A DNA stretch of 63,280 bases, counting the filler, from Octopus bimaculoides (taxonomy: Eukaryota), in assembly GCF_001194135.2 (NCBI RefSeq). It is 6 parts of 5 records of this genome, joined end to end, with 100 filler letters (N's around TTAATTAATTAA, not from the genome) between each part and the next. Parts side by side here need not be neighbours in the genome. Positions count along the whole stretch, not along the records: positions 31,927 to 49,147 come from NC_068996.1; positions 49,248 to 58,735 come from NC_068981.1; positions 58,836 to 63,280 come from NC_068991.1; 3 more parts are not named here. One strand, given 5' to 3'. Below, in pieces: positions 49,132 to 62,664 of the stretch. Positions within the stretch are counted from its first letter, which is position 1. Every line of letters begins with the position of its first letter. The translations under genes were made by a program, and so were the position numbers. A model generated the notes under the pieces. That model did not search any database. It was not told the DNA's origin and was given only the letters and a program-made list of their open reading frames with translations.

Positions 49132-52100
49132 TTTTAATAATAATAATNNNNNNNNNNNNNNNNNNNNNNNNNNNNNNNNNNNNNNNNNNNNTTAATTAAT
49201 TAANNNNNNNNNNNNNNNNNNNNNNNNNNNNNNNNNNNNNNNNNNNNTATATATATATATATTCTCCCAAATGCACTCACAAGGTTTTGGTTGGCCTAAA
49301 TACAGTGTACTAAATTGATAAAATGCCAACAAAAGAAAAATAATATTGTGATGCAATGGCAACTTACAATTATAAACTGACAACTAAGTCTCCTTCAACT
49401 GTAGCTTGACATAATACCACAGAAAGATAACAGACTTGAGCCACACCCATTCTATGCATACATAACAAGACACTTAACCCTTTTCTTATTTCTGTTGGAA
49501 TTCATATTTCAGCCTTTGTTTCAATTAATTTTGAAGAGAATGAAGAATTTAGTAAAATAGCTTTGTCATTATTAAGCTGATATATGGAATATAAATTAGA
49601 TGAAATTTTGATAGGAGATTTTAATTTAATTTTAATGAGATTGCTTAAAAACAGGAAGTTTGTAACATAGTACCAGTTTAACATCACCATGCAGTTAATT
49701 TTGTTGAAAGCATTCAGACCAGAGTATATGTTTTTCTTGGCACACCTTAATCAACAAACATGTTCAGAATAGGTATTTCACCATTCCGGGGATGGTCTGC
49801 AAAGATCATAGGCACTTCCTCTTCTTGCCAACTTACTTAAAGTCTTCATAATCTGATCTTTCATTATCAAAACTACTTCCCAAAGACAATGCTTCGACTA
49901 AAGGACCAGAAAATAACCAATGTAACAACTACAGACATGTACTGTTCAGACTATGAAATGGTCTGACTGATTAGAAGATTCTCATACCCACACATTACAA
50001 CTAGCTCAACCACTTGCTCAGCCAAATAATGATAGCCAACCCAATATTTTTCTAAATTACCACATTGTGGGTATTTCTGATGTTAAAATATTCTTTTCTA
50101 CTCTAGGCACAAAGCCAGACAATTTTGGGGAAGGGGCCAGTTGATTAGATCAATCCCAGTATGCAACTGGTACTTAATTCATCAACCCCGAAAGGATGAA
50201 AAGCAAAGTCGACCTCAGCGGAATTTGAACACATACCGTAAAGACATGAAATACCACTAAGCATTTCACCTGGCATGCTGACGTTTATTTCTTTATTGCC
50301 CACAAAGGGTTAAACATAGGGGGGGGACAAACAAGGACAGACAAAGGGGTTAAATCGATGACATCGACCCCAGTGCGTAACTAGTACTTAATTTATTGAC
50401 CTCGAAAGGAAGAAAGGCAAAGTCGACCTTGGCGGAATTTGAACTCAGAACGTAAAGACAGACGAAATACAACTAAGCATTTAGCCCGGCATACTAACGT
50501 TTCTGCTAGCTCATTACCTTAGATGTTAAAAATATTGAAAATAACCATGTCTAACATTTTTTTTACTTCCTGTATTCTGCAGCATTGAAGACATTATATT
50601 TTACCAATGTTAAATTTCAAAAATTTACTGATTCTCTAGGACAAAGAATACATTTTTCATCATCAGCAAATTTTAATCTCAGAGGTTAACATTTTCTATG
50701 GCTAAACATACCTTGTCTCCATGTTGTAAAAGCAAAACAAAAAAAATTGCACTATAAATGAGCAACAACACCTATGTCAAATAAGACACCAACAAAACAT
50801 CTGAGTAAAAGTGCTAGAATCTCTTGATCTTTTTTTTTTTTACCTCACCCACTAAAACTTTCCAATCATAATTGGAATGCATTTTCAAAGTCAGAGCATC
50901 CTCTACACTGGGAAATGCAGTAAATGTAGTCAGTGTCTCTATTTAATTGTAAGGAAAATAGACATGGATCCTAAAGTTCAAAAGAACTTTTAATATAAGA
51001 TTGGCTAACTCAGGTGCCTGGGTAAATATGTTCCAAATTCTAATGTTACTTGTCCATGGGTCAAGTATACACTATCTGTTTATCATCATCATCATCATCA
51101 TTTAACATATGTTGTCCATGCTGGTTTGACCAGGCCTGGCAAGCTGCACTAGACTCCAGTCTTATTTGGCATGATTTCTATTGCTGGATGCCCTTCCTAA
51201 CACCAACCACTCCAAGAGTGTAATGGGTGCTTTTACGTGCCACCGGCATGGGTACCATATGCATAACACCAGTATCTTCCATCATTGCAATTTTACTTGG
51301 CTTGATGCATCTTCTTCTCAAGCACTGCCTAATGCCAAAAGTCTCGCTCATTCGTCATTGCCTCTGTGAGGCCTAACACTCGAAAGATACTTTTCACATG
51401 CCACTGGCATCGGCCACTTTGCCTCCGTGAGGCCCACTGCTCAAAAGGTGCTTTTTATATGACTCCAGCACGAGTACCAGTTACACCAGCATCGGCTACG
51501 ACTACAATTTCACTTGGCTTGACAGGTCTTCTCAAGCATAGCATATCGCCAAAGGTTTTGCTCACCAGTCATTGCCTCTGTGAGGCCTAAAATTTGAAGA
51601 TCCATTTTATCATTTAGCCACAAGGTCTTTGAATAAATATTTATAGATGTGCATATCTATTTATTAATAGATCAACAGGTTGAGTTGACATAAGATAGAT
51701 TGTTCACTGTATTAGAGAATAAATAACCAGTATGAACAAACATTGGGTTATCAAAAGAGAAGAGAGGGCAAGAAGTAAACTAAAGATAGGGTAGCTAGAC
51801 AAGGTCTTTGGAAAAGTGGGGGGTTAGAAAAAGCAGATGTTAATGCAATGATATGTAAGCATAATTAAACACAGTTATTTATGTATAAATATACACACGT
51901 GTCTAAAACTGTATACAACCATGTGTAAAGCAATAACAAATATGCAGCCTTAAACTTAACACAGAAGACAGGCTGAAGGAACAAATAGTATTTAAACATC
52001 TCTTCCTCAAATATATCTATATCGTAGTATGTGAGTGTGACACAACAATCTAGCAAGTTTTGGATGAAGAATATCACAGAAAACAACATATAACAGAATT

Positions 52101-52919
52101 TATCCAGCAATGTTTAAAGAAACTTCAACACAGCACGCTAAAAATAATACTGCTCGTTTTTATACATTCACCAAGAAATTATATACATGTGTGTGTGTGT
52201 GTGTGTGAGAAAGAGGGGAGGGGGTTTGGTAATGCAAATGGGAGAAATAGAACTCAATACATAGATTATATATACATAATTATTAGCTGTGGAACTACAC
52301 AAGTGATTCAAAGATTTAGAGTTTTGTGCATCAGCACTTACCAAACTAGATCAGAAATTACATACTGCTTGTGAGTGTGTGAGAGAGAGAGGGAGAGAGA
52401 GAGAGAGAGAGAGAGAGTGTGTGTGTGTGTGTGATATTAAATAAATGACAAAGAATCAAGAGATTATGTAATGAATTTCATAAGCTTCCAGCTGTTTCTG
52501 CTAGAAGATGTATTTCACTCAGAGTTGAGTGCATGTGCACCACCTTAGAGCTTCCTTGGAGCTTCAGTTAAAATACAGAATTCTTATTAAAAGGTCTTTA
52601 GAAAATTTGTTGGTATGTTACATGGTAATACAATTTCAAGATTAGCAGATTTGGATGCAAAATAAATGGCTTGTGAAAGAACCATGGACTGACAAATCCA
52701 CAAGTTGATTTAGTAAATAGCTGACTAAACAATAAGAACAGTTAATTACTTAATTAGTGTAAAGATTACGGTAATAAAACAAGTGAATTACAACTGCAGC
52801 ATGTTTTTATAGGCAAAATGACACTCCTAAAATACAACAAATATAATTATTAGTAAATTAAGTAACAGAGGAAGATCTCAAACACTATGTCTAGCACTGC
52901 AGTACCATTGTGAAGTAAT

Positions 52920-53270
52920 AGAAATGCAAAGAAAATGCCTTAGAAAGAGAAAAACAACAGAGACATCAAATGGTTGGGCTAGGTTATGAAAGTTACAGAA
53001 AAGTTTAATGCAAAACTGATTAAGAACAACCAGCTTGGCTGAGATGTAGTTTGGTTTGTACTAGAAAAGGTTAGCCATGAGGCCATATACCTAGCGAGAC
53101 AACTGCAAGAAGTTCTTAGAGAAGAGTAGGCTGCTATATCTAGCATTTGTCAATTTGTAGAAGGCCTAAGAAAACCAGGGGTAGCTGACTGGCTTGTAAG
53201 GGTCGTAAAAGCCATTCTCAGAAGAGCAGTCAACAAAATGAGAACCAGCAATGAGTTCAGTGATGAATTC
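52920..53270 (+). mobile_element. Decayed RTE-like RT fragment
   Basis: Degenerate FGFV, EAIYLARQLQE, LAFVNL*KA and RKPGVADWLVRVV. Confidence 0.65.
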
Positions 53271-56200
53271 ATTTATATATGTATGATAGGCATCTCACAG
53301 TTTCTATTTACAAACTTCACTCTCAAGGCTTTGGTTCCCCTGAGGCTATAGTAGAAGACACTTGCCCTTGAGTACCTCACAGTGGAACTGAAACTGAAAC
53401 AATGTAGTTGAGAAGTCAGCTTCTTAACTACAAAGCCATTATTTCATTCAAAGTCATACATGTGCCTAAATGTCAGTATGCTATTCATTTTACATCTGTT
53501 TTACCATGCTAGCATGGGTTAGACATGAATATATTTTGAAGCATTGGTTTTAAGTTGGATGCCCTTTCTTTAACTAACCCTTACTTGTTTCACAAGGAAA
53601 GGGTCTCTTATTTCATATGTCTTTGAAGATACAAAGAGAGAGGACACCAATCATAGCAAATTACTTTCAAAGAACAAATATAAAATCACACACACACACA
53701 CATATACAACAGACTTCTTTCAATTTCCATCAACTAAATCCACTCAGAAGGCTTTGATCAACCCGAGATGTAGGAGAAAATACTTGGTCAGCTAAGGTGC
53801 CACACAGTGGGACTGGATCTGGAATGATGAGATTGGAAAGTGATCTTGGACACATAGTCTTGCCTGCCTATGTTTTCATATCACCATCATCATCATCATT
53901 TAACGTGTTTTTCATGCTGGCATGGGTTGGATGGACTGAAAGGAGCTGGTAAGGCTGGGAGTTGCACCAGGTTCCATCGTTTTCACATGGTTTCTGCAGC
54001 TGGATGCCCTTCCTAATGCCAACCACTTTACAGAGTGTACCGGGTGCTTTTTACATGGTACCAGCACTGGTAGAATCACCAAAATGAAAAACCCCTCAAC
54101 TGGGTGTGGGGAGTAGTAGTGAGAGGGTGCAGCTTTGTGCCAATTTAGAGATTAAAGGTATAGAAGGAAAGACATAGGTGTCTTGCTGTAGATTAGATAC
54201 ATGGATACCCCATGTATATAATTACACACGCACACACAAAATATAACTATTTATGCACAATAGTGTAAACTCTGCAGATCTGTAATGGATTTAAATATTA
54301 TAAAGCATGACTGAGATTAAATAAGAATGTAAGCACATTCTTTCTATGCTAATGATGTACAGAAAAAGAAGGATAGGATGGACCATTTCATGCTTTGTTG
54401 AGTACTCCTCAGGGAAGACTGACTTGGCTTCCCTTCCCAATTAATAGCATATATTAGCTGCTTATAAAGCAGTCAGGAATTACACTAGGATAGTGGTGGC
54501 TAGTCTAATTTGCATATTTGTGGTTTTGTTGGCTTGTCATTTATTAAAATATATATATATATATATTTTTGCATAGAAATATAATACATAGATATATAAA
54601 TATACAACATGTATAATATTTATAATGTACATACAAATATAAAACAATGCTATTGTAATATTTCCTCTCAGAAGGCTGACAGAAACATTAGCACGCCGGG
54701 CAAAATGCTTAGCGGTATTTCGTCTGCCGTTATGTTCTGAGTTCGAATTCCACCGAGGTCGACTTTGCATTTCAGGGTTGATAAATTAAGTACCAGTTAT
54801 GCACTGGATTCAATGTAATCGACTTAATCCCTTTGCCTGTCCTTGTTTGTCCCTTCTATGTTTAGCCCCTTGTGGGCAATAAAGAAATAAGAAACGTTAG
54901 CACACTGGGTGAAATGCTTAGCGGTATTTCGTCTGTTTTAACATTCTGAGTTCAAATTCCAATGAGGTCGACTTTGCCTTTCATCCTTTAGAGGTCGATA
55001 AATCAAGTACCAATTGCGCACTGAGGTCAAGCTAATTGACTGGCCCCCTCCCCAAAAATTTCAGGCCCTGTGCCTAGAGGAGAAAAGAATATTTCCTCTC
55101 AGAGAAACTTCTTAAGAGACTTTGTGAGTTAAAGACACAGCACACTCAGAAACCTACCAGCAGATCATCAGACACCAGTCTTTCAGCATGATTTAGCCTC
55201 CTCAGTAAGAAACACTCTCTAATCACTATGTGCTAAGTCAAAGCCACAATAGAAGACACTTGCCCAAGGTGATGTACCCTGAGACTGAACCTGAGACCAT
55301 GTAATTGAAAAACAAATACCCAACTGACTGGTTTCAAACATGGAAATTTGAATCAAAGTATTTTATTTCTGTAACTGAACTGATTGGGTGCGGAAACAGC
55401 TGTAGGCTGGAATTTCTGTACATGAATTTAAATATCTTTGAATAAATAATGTCTTGAATAATAATGTCAATTTTTCTATTTTCTTCCTTTTTCTCATATA
55501 TNNNNNNNNNNNNNNNNNNNNNNNNNNNNNNNNNNNNNNNNNNNNNNNNNNNNNNNNNNNNNNNNNNNNNNNNNNNNNNNNNNNNNNNNNNNNNNNNNNN
55601 NNNNNNNNNNNNNNNNNNNNNNNNNNNNNNNNNNNNNNNNNNNNNNNNNNNNNNNNNNNNNNNNNNNNNNNNNNNNNNNNNNNNNNNNNNNNNNNNNNNN
55701 NNNNNNNNNNNNNNNNNNNNNNNNNNNNNNNNNNNNNNNNNNNNNNNNNNNNNNNNNNNNNNNNNNNNNNNNNNNNNNNNNNNNNNNNNNNTATATATAT
55801 ATATATCATTCAACCACTGAAGTGGTTGAATATATTCTTAAGTCCACCATTCCGTTAATCGCAGAAGCTTCCAAGCTTCACCACTAATTCAGTTCTCAAC
55901 TAAATTGGAAACTGTTGATGGTTTTCAAGACGACACCTCCTCAGCTACACTTTGGCATAAATAGTTTGAGATTTGGTTCAGTAGAAAAAAGTTACATCAA
56001 AATATCTGCGACCTCAAGGGGGGCAGTAAGGCAGATATTCATCTTCAATGAACATAAATTTTTAAATTTTAAATTAAAAATATACTTTCTTTAGGCTTAA
56101 ATGATAGAAAAATGCATGAGGAATTCAGAACCACTAGTCGCATTGAACAAAAAGTAGTAGAGAAAGAGTTATGAGGTAAAATGTTTCGAAATTTTATGTC

Positions 56201-56379
56201 AGTAAGTAAGGAAGGGAGTAACACTTAAGCAATAAAAATAAAGAATATATTTCTAAAATGAATGTTTACATTCTAAGGCAGCGAACTGGCAGAAACATTA
56301 GTGCAGAGGGCAAAATGCTTAACAGTATACCGTCTGTCTTTATGTTTTGAGTCCAAATATCGCCGAGGTCGACTTTGAG

Positions 56380-56640
56380 GTACAGATTATTTGATTAATT
56401 TTTTTTAACTAAACACTTTCAAACTTTTGATACTGGTAGAATGTGTCACATAGAACAGGTTTTATTCTTAATGTTTTTGACAAAATTTTGTATTTTAGAA
56501 GCAGTATTTCATCTGTCTTTATGTTCTGAGTTCAAATTCCACTGAGGTCGACTTTGCCTTTCATCCATTTCGGATCTATTCAATTAAACGTACAAATTAT
56601 TTAATTAATTTATTTTAACTAAGCACTTTTAAACCTGTAC
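56380..56640. mobile_element. Fragment related to the MITE interior, with different terminal sequence
   Basis: AAACACTTTCAAACTT..ACTGGTAGAATGTGTCA is shared with the 5932 and 19951 copies. Confidence 0.5.
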
Positions 56641-57204
56641 ATATATATATATAGGCATAAATATATGTATCTCTATTTATATTCATTCCAATCTGAGAGA
56701 AGAGGACCTACTCCTCTCAGATAGGCAAAATTGAATGCTCTTGAGAGTAGGTTTGACTGCCTTTGAGAAAAGTGGGAACAGGAATGGAGTCCCCGAAGTT
56801 GATGCAGTCTTTCTCTGTCTGTCTGTCTCTCTCTCTCTCATACTCACACACACTGTTACACAATGTCATTTAGACACAACTACACAGTTGCACACACATT
56901 CAACTACAGTTTTTCACCTACTCCTTGCCTCACATACACCTCCAAACACACTACACAGTTATATACATTCACATGCTCATACACATAGACACTGTTCCAC
57001 ATACACCTTCGTACATAGGCAGATACATACGCATTAAATGTATGCTTTGTATAAAAATACCCTTGTAAAATACCCTTGTAAAAATACCCTTGTAAAACAT
57101 ACATCACAGATTCTATTCTGCATTGTAAGCACACACACACACATCCATATTATGGTAGTAAAATTTAAGAGTACTCAATACATGTAATATATATATATAT
57201 ATAT

Positions 57205-57241
<37 letters not shown>

Positions 57242-57820
57242 NNNNNNNNNNNNNNNNNNNNNNNNNNNNNNNNNNNNNNNNNNNNNNNNNNNNNNNNNNN
57301 NNNNNNNNNNNNNNNNNNNNNNNNNNNNNNNNNNNNNNNNNNNNNNNNNNNNNNNNNNNNNNNNNNNNNNNNNNNNNNNNNNNNNNNNNNNNNNNNNNNN
57401 NNNNNNNNNNNNNNNNNNNNNNNNNNNNNNNNNNNNNNNNNNNNNNNNNNNNNNNNNNNNNNNNNNNNNNNNNNNNNNNNNNNNNNNNNNNNNNNNNNNN
57501 NNNNNNNNNNNNNNNNNNNNNNNNNNNNNNNNNNNNNNNNNNNNNNNNNNNNNNNNNNNNNNNNNNNNNNNNNNNNNNNNNNNNNNNNNNNNNNNNNNNN
57601 NNNNNNNNNNNNNNNNNNNNNNNNNNNNNNNNNNNNNNNNNNNNNNNNNNNNNNNNNNNNNNNNNNNNNNNNNNNNNNNNNNNNNNNNNNNNNNNNNNNN
57701 NNNNNNNNNNNNNNNNNNNNNNNNNNNNNNNNNNNNNNNNNNNNNNNNNNNNNNNNNNNNNNNNNNNNNNNNNNNNNNNNNNNNNNNNNNNNNNNNNNNN
57801 NNNNNNNNNNNNNNNNNNNN

Positions 57821-57857
<37 letters not shown>

Positions 57858-58835
57858 CACTATTTATATACATTTCAATCTGAGAGAAGAGGAACTACCC
57901 CTCCTACTCTGTTAAATGGTTGGCGTTAGAAAGGGCATCCAGCTGTAGAAATTGTGCCAATGCAGACATTGGAGCTCAGTACAGTCTTGTACCTTATTGG
58001 GGATTCTATTGAACTGTCCAAGCCATACCAGCATGAAAAAATAAGTTAAATGATGTTGAGAATACATATGTGGACAAATACATTTATGGCTAGTTTTAAG
58101 ATATTTTGTATAAAAATCCTTATTAGATCACATATATCAACACTAGATCCATATATACACACACATTGATCTGTAAAACATTTTGTCAGGTTCAAATTTC
58201 ATGATCCAAGCTCAACCTTTACTAAAGAGGAAGGTTTTATGTGCACACATGATTAACTCAGTATCAGTTTGGTCAGTGGCGACGTATTTTCTGGCAAACT
58301 TTATTACTTTATCTTGTAAGGGCCTTGATATCAAAGAGTAAAAGTCCACAATATCAGACCATTTGAACTTAGTTCTGAGCTTATTATCCATTATGCTCTC
58401 AAACTAGTCCATAAGTGTTGCTATTTGCCCACTTTTGCAGTTCTGTAAGTCTTAATGGATTGTGCATGATATACTATAAAAACCTGTCTGATTACTGCAC
58501 TACCCTAGTATGAAATTTGAGCTCACATATAACTCCTGCATTCTTACATGATATTTATCTCACTAAATTGACAACTTCTTTGCTAATCATCTCAATAAGT
58601 AAACAGTGTGTGTGTGTGTGTGTAGAACAACAACTCTATTCTTTCACCAAGCATCAGTAATACATTGCTTGTGCTATGTTCTAATTTTTCTTTTTTCTGT
58701 TTTTTGAATTTATATATATATATATATATATATATNNNNNNNNNNNNNNNNNNNNNNNNNNNNNNNNNNNNNNNNNNNNTTAATTAATTAANNNNNNNNN
58801 NNNNNNNNNNNNNNNNNNNNNNNNNNNNNNNNNNN

Positions 58836-58880
<45 letters not shown>

Positions 58881-61800
58881 TATAAGTGTGTGTGATTGTA
58901 TTTCTCCCATCCCCACCGCTTGACATCGGAGTTGGTGTGTTTATGTCCCCCGTAACTTAGTGGTTCAGCAATAGAGGCCGATAAAATAAGTAGAAGGCTT
59001 TAAATACATACATAAAAAATAAGAACCAGGGTCGATTCGATCGGCTAAAAATTCTTGAAGGTGGTGCCCCAATATGACCGTAAAAGATAAAAGATATATG
59101 TAGAGACATTTAAATAAGGATAAACGCGGGCTACACTCCATATATGTAGTGTAGTGTACGAAGGGTCAAACGAGAGGCTCACAACAGCACTTAATGCTAA
59201 GGGTCAAAGTTTGTTTAGATTATTATCTGATGATCGGGAGCGTGTAATTCGAATCACTAGATATGGAATGCTAAGTGCAATAATCATGATGTGTATGCGC
59301 GCACGCGCGCGTATTTGTATATGTATATATATGTGTGTTGTTTTGTATACATTTGAATATATGTATATATGTTTGTATACGCATATTACAATTATAACTG
59401 AAAAATATAACAGTGCTGGCGAAGTATTAGGATGCGAAGCGTCAGTTGATATCTTAATATTCAACAGCTGCAATATATATTAAAAAAAAAAAATTATTAC
59501 TAAGTAAAGCAGTGAGCTGGCAGAACCGTTAGCACACCGGGCGAAATGCTTAGCGGTATTTCGGCTGTCTTTACGTTGTGAGTTCAAATTCCGCCGAGGT
59601 CGACTTTGCCTTTCATCCTTTCAGGGTCGATAAATTAAGTACTAGTTGCGTACTGGGGTCGATGTAATCGACTGCCCTCCCCCATTGTGCCTAGAGTAGA
59701 AAAGAACCGTTGGCATGCCGGGCAAAATGCTCAGTTGCCTTTCATCTGTCTTTACGTTCAGAGTTAAAATTCTCTCGTGGTTGACTTTGTCTTTCATCCT
59801 TTCGGGGTCGATAAAATAAGTACCAGTTGAGCACTGGAGTGGATGTAATCGACTTGCTCCCTCACCAAAAATTTCTGGCCTTGTACCAAAATTTCAAACC
59901 AATATTTATTTATAGATTAGAAAATATTGTGCTTCGTAATTTTACTCATCAAAGTATATCAATTAATCCCTATTTGTTGAAATCTTTTATTGAGTTTCTC
60001 TGTTTCGCAATTCGCAGCCGTGGGAGTGTGGTTAAGGAGCACGCTTTGCAACCACATGATTTCGGGTTCAGTCCTACTGCGTGGTAATTTGTCAAGTGTC
60101 TTCTATTATAGTCCAAGGCTGACCAGTGCCTCGTGTGCGGATGTCGTAGACGTAAGTTGTGTAGAAGCTCGTCGTATATGTGTATATGTGTATGCACCTT
60201 CAACACGATGCTCCAGCATGGCCCATAGTTCGATGACTGAAACAAGTAAAAGATAAAAGAATTACTTAAAATCTGGTTGGTCGGATGTGAAAGCTGTTTT
60301 CGGTAAAATAGCACTGAAACCTTTCTTTATCTTGGGAGACGCGCGTTAGAAGCCACGCACAGACGGCGTGTAACAGTTTGGTCACAGTAACTCTATAGGA
60401 ATTGTGCCAAACCTATAATGCACGGGTGAGTAAGGATTATGGAACAAAGTTTTCAAATCTTCTACACCAACGTCATAACGATGATGATAATGATGTAGAT
60501 GACGTCACTTACTGCACTGGTGTAACTGTTGCGTTTGACGTAACCGATACGTCTGATGTGATGACTTGTAATAACTCAATGAGACGACTGACCCAAATAC
60601 TTGAACAAGCGTTACGTAACGACGCCACTGCTGTTAGTTGTAGAACTGAGGTAACTACGTAAATTCTAGGGTGGGGGGAGTAACCGACGTCTTTGATGTA
60701 ATCGACATAATTGACGCCAGCGCTGTTATCGACGTGAATGACGTAACTGGCGGGAAAATGACGTAACTGTTATGAATTTTGTAGTCAACGTTGCTGAAGT
60801 GAACCCTGTATCCGAGGTGATTACCAAAAACTATACTGTTGACCTAAGCGCTGTCTTTAATGTAAAAATCAGAACTGGTACCTAGATGATACAGTAAATG
60901 ATGTACTTAACGTAAAATCTAGAAGCTGAAGTATCTGACATCTTTAATCCTTATTTTCATAAGTTTAACTTAAACATCCATACTTGTTTTCAAACTTTTA
61001 GTTTACCCTTTTTTCCCCTATTTTCTGATTAATATAAAGCTTTAAGCTTTCCTTTCATATATCTCAAGTTATTCTGGTGGTTGAAAAACAAAATGGGAAT
61101 GTGTATCATACATGATGCATTGACGCCAGAGAAAAGGTTAATGTGGCTGACATCATTTGACATCGTCTATGGATCATTTCCTATTTTTATTGTCAGTGGT
61201 TCCATTGCCTTGCTATATTTACCTTTATACACTATATATGAAGACGGCTCACAGTCGGTTCTATTTAGGTAACAGGGGAAAAATTTGTTACATAGCAAAG
61301 GAATATATGTTTTAAAAAACAGTGTTACATACAAAACTGTATGCATAAGAGAAGGAAAATAGAGGGTGCTCAACCTGCATCGGTGCGGGTAGGTTAGCAG
61401 AAACAACTGACCCAAAGGCAACAACGGGCGGGATGAGCGTGAGTGTGAGCAGTACTGATCGATTAGATGAATCAAGAAGATACACTAATGATTTCAATTT
61501 TTTTTCACAAGGGCAGCTTTGTGGGGGAGAGAATTAAGTCGATTACATCGACCCCAGTGTTTCACCGATACTTAATTTATCGACGCCGAAAAGATGAAAG
61601 GCAAAGTCGACCTCGGCGTAATTTGAACTCAGAACGTTGTGACGGGTGAAATACCGCTAAGCATTCCGTCCAGCGTGCTAACGATTTTGCCAGCTTACCG
61701 CCTTTAGAAAATACACTAATACCGAAGGTGTTTCAGTCGGCAAAGCAAGCAAAGGAGTCTTCGATTCACACCGACAGATCGACTGTTCGGTCGTCCTCCA

Positions 61801-62180
61801 TCATGGCTAGGAGAGCCGAGCATTTTCACGAGCATTTGATTACTCAGAGAGGTAATTAAAAGAATCATGCTCCACCGCTAGGGATATCCTATTGGGTGGA
61901 TGAGAATGCTCCGCGTCCTTACTGAAGAACTTGAACGGTGAACACTTGACAGGCTGGTGAGAGTATTAGGTTCTGAGTTATGGGTATGGCTCGACGCGGA
62001 ACGACTACCGTTGGTGTTTCACTGGCTCTAATAGAGGGCAGTCACCGCATGTTCAACGTACATGACATAGTAGTTCCAGCTTGATTCCTCTTTAATGCCT
62101 TGACCAGATACACGCGCGCTCGCACGAACGTGCACAAAGTTATAAACCGAAGAACCGAGTACTATAAGCAGTAAGAGGTT

Positions 62181-62545
62181 TTGGATGAGAATGGCACTAA
62201 AAATCTTCCATGGCCAAGCCAGTCACCAGATATGAACCCTATTGAACACCTCTGGGACATAATGAACCGGACATTTCATAAAAAGAACAAGAAAGCATCT
62301 TCAAAGCTAGGTCTTTTCAGATTAGTGCATGAAACTTGGCAAGAAATTCTGCAAGAGAATATTCGTCATCTTATCAATAACATGCCTAATAGGGTCTTTG
62401 CATTGAAAAATGCAAAGTGTATGTCTACTAAATATTAAATATTCACATAATAACAATTAATGAATAATTTGAATGTATAATCTCAGATTAAAATAAATTT
62501 TAATGATTATACGGCTGTCAATTTACTTTTGTCATGTCTGTGTGT
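62181..62545 (+). mobile_element. Tc1-like transposon 3' fragment (same family as 29962-31106)
   Basis: LPWPSQSPDMNPIEHLWD...KCMSTKY*, followed by the TIR AATTTACTTTTGTCATGTCTGTG. Confidence 0.85.
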
Positions 62546-62664
62546 ACACACACACACGTGCGCGCGCACACACACACATATATATATATATACGCAGGGG
62601 TGAAGGGAAAGAGATGAACAGAGAGAGGCAAAAACGTGTCTATGTATTAATATGTTTTTATACA

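Noticed and set aside
55808-55832. Perfect 10-bp hairpin ATTCAACCAC-TGAA-GTGGTTGAAT
   Set aside because: Isolated, next to a gap and an (AT)n tract; no context to support a function.
59225-59270. CTGATGA followed by TTCGAATC
   Set aside because: Lacks GAAA and a stem I or stem III pairing.
61720-62160. CpG-containing unique-looking tract, possible promoter or first exon (ATGGCTAGGAGAGCC...GAG|GTAATT)
   Set aside because: No supporting homology; it could equally be a decayed LINE fragment.
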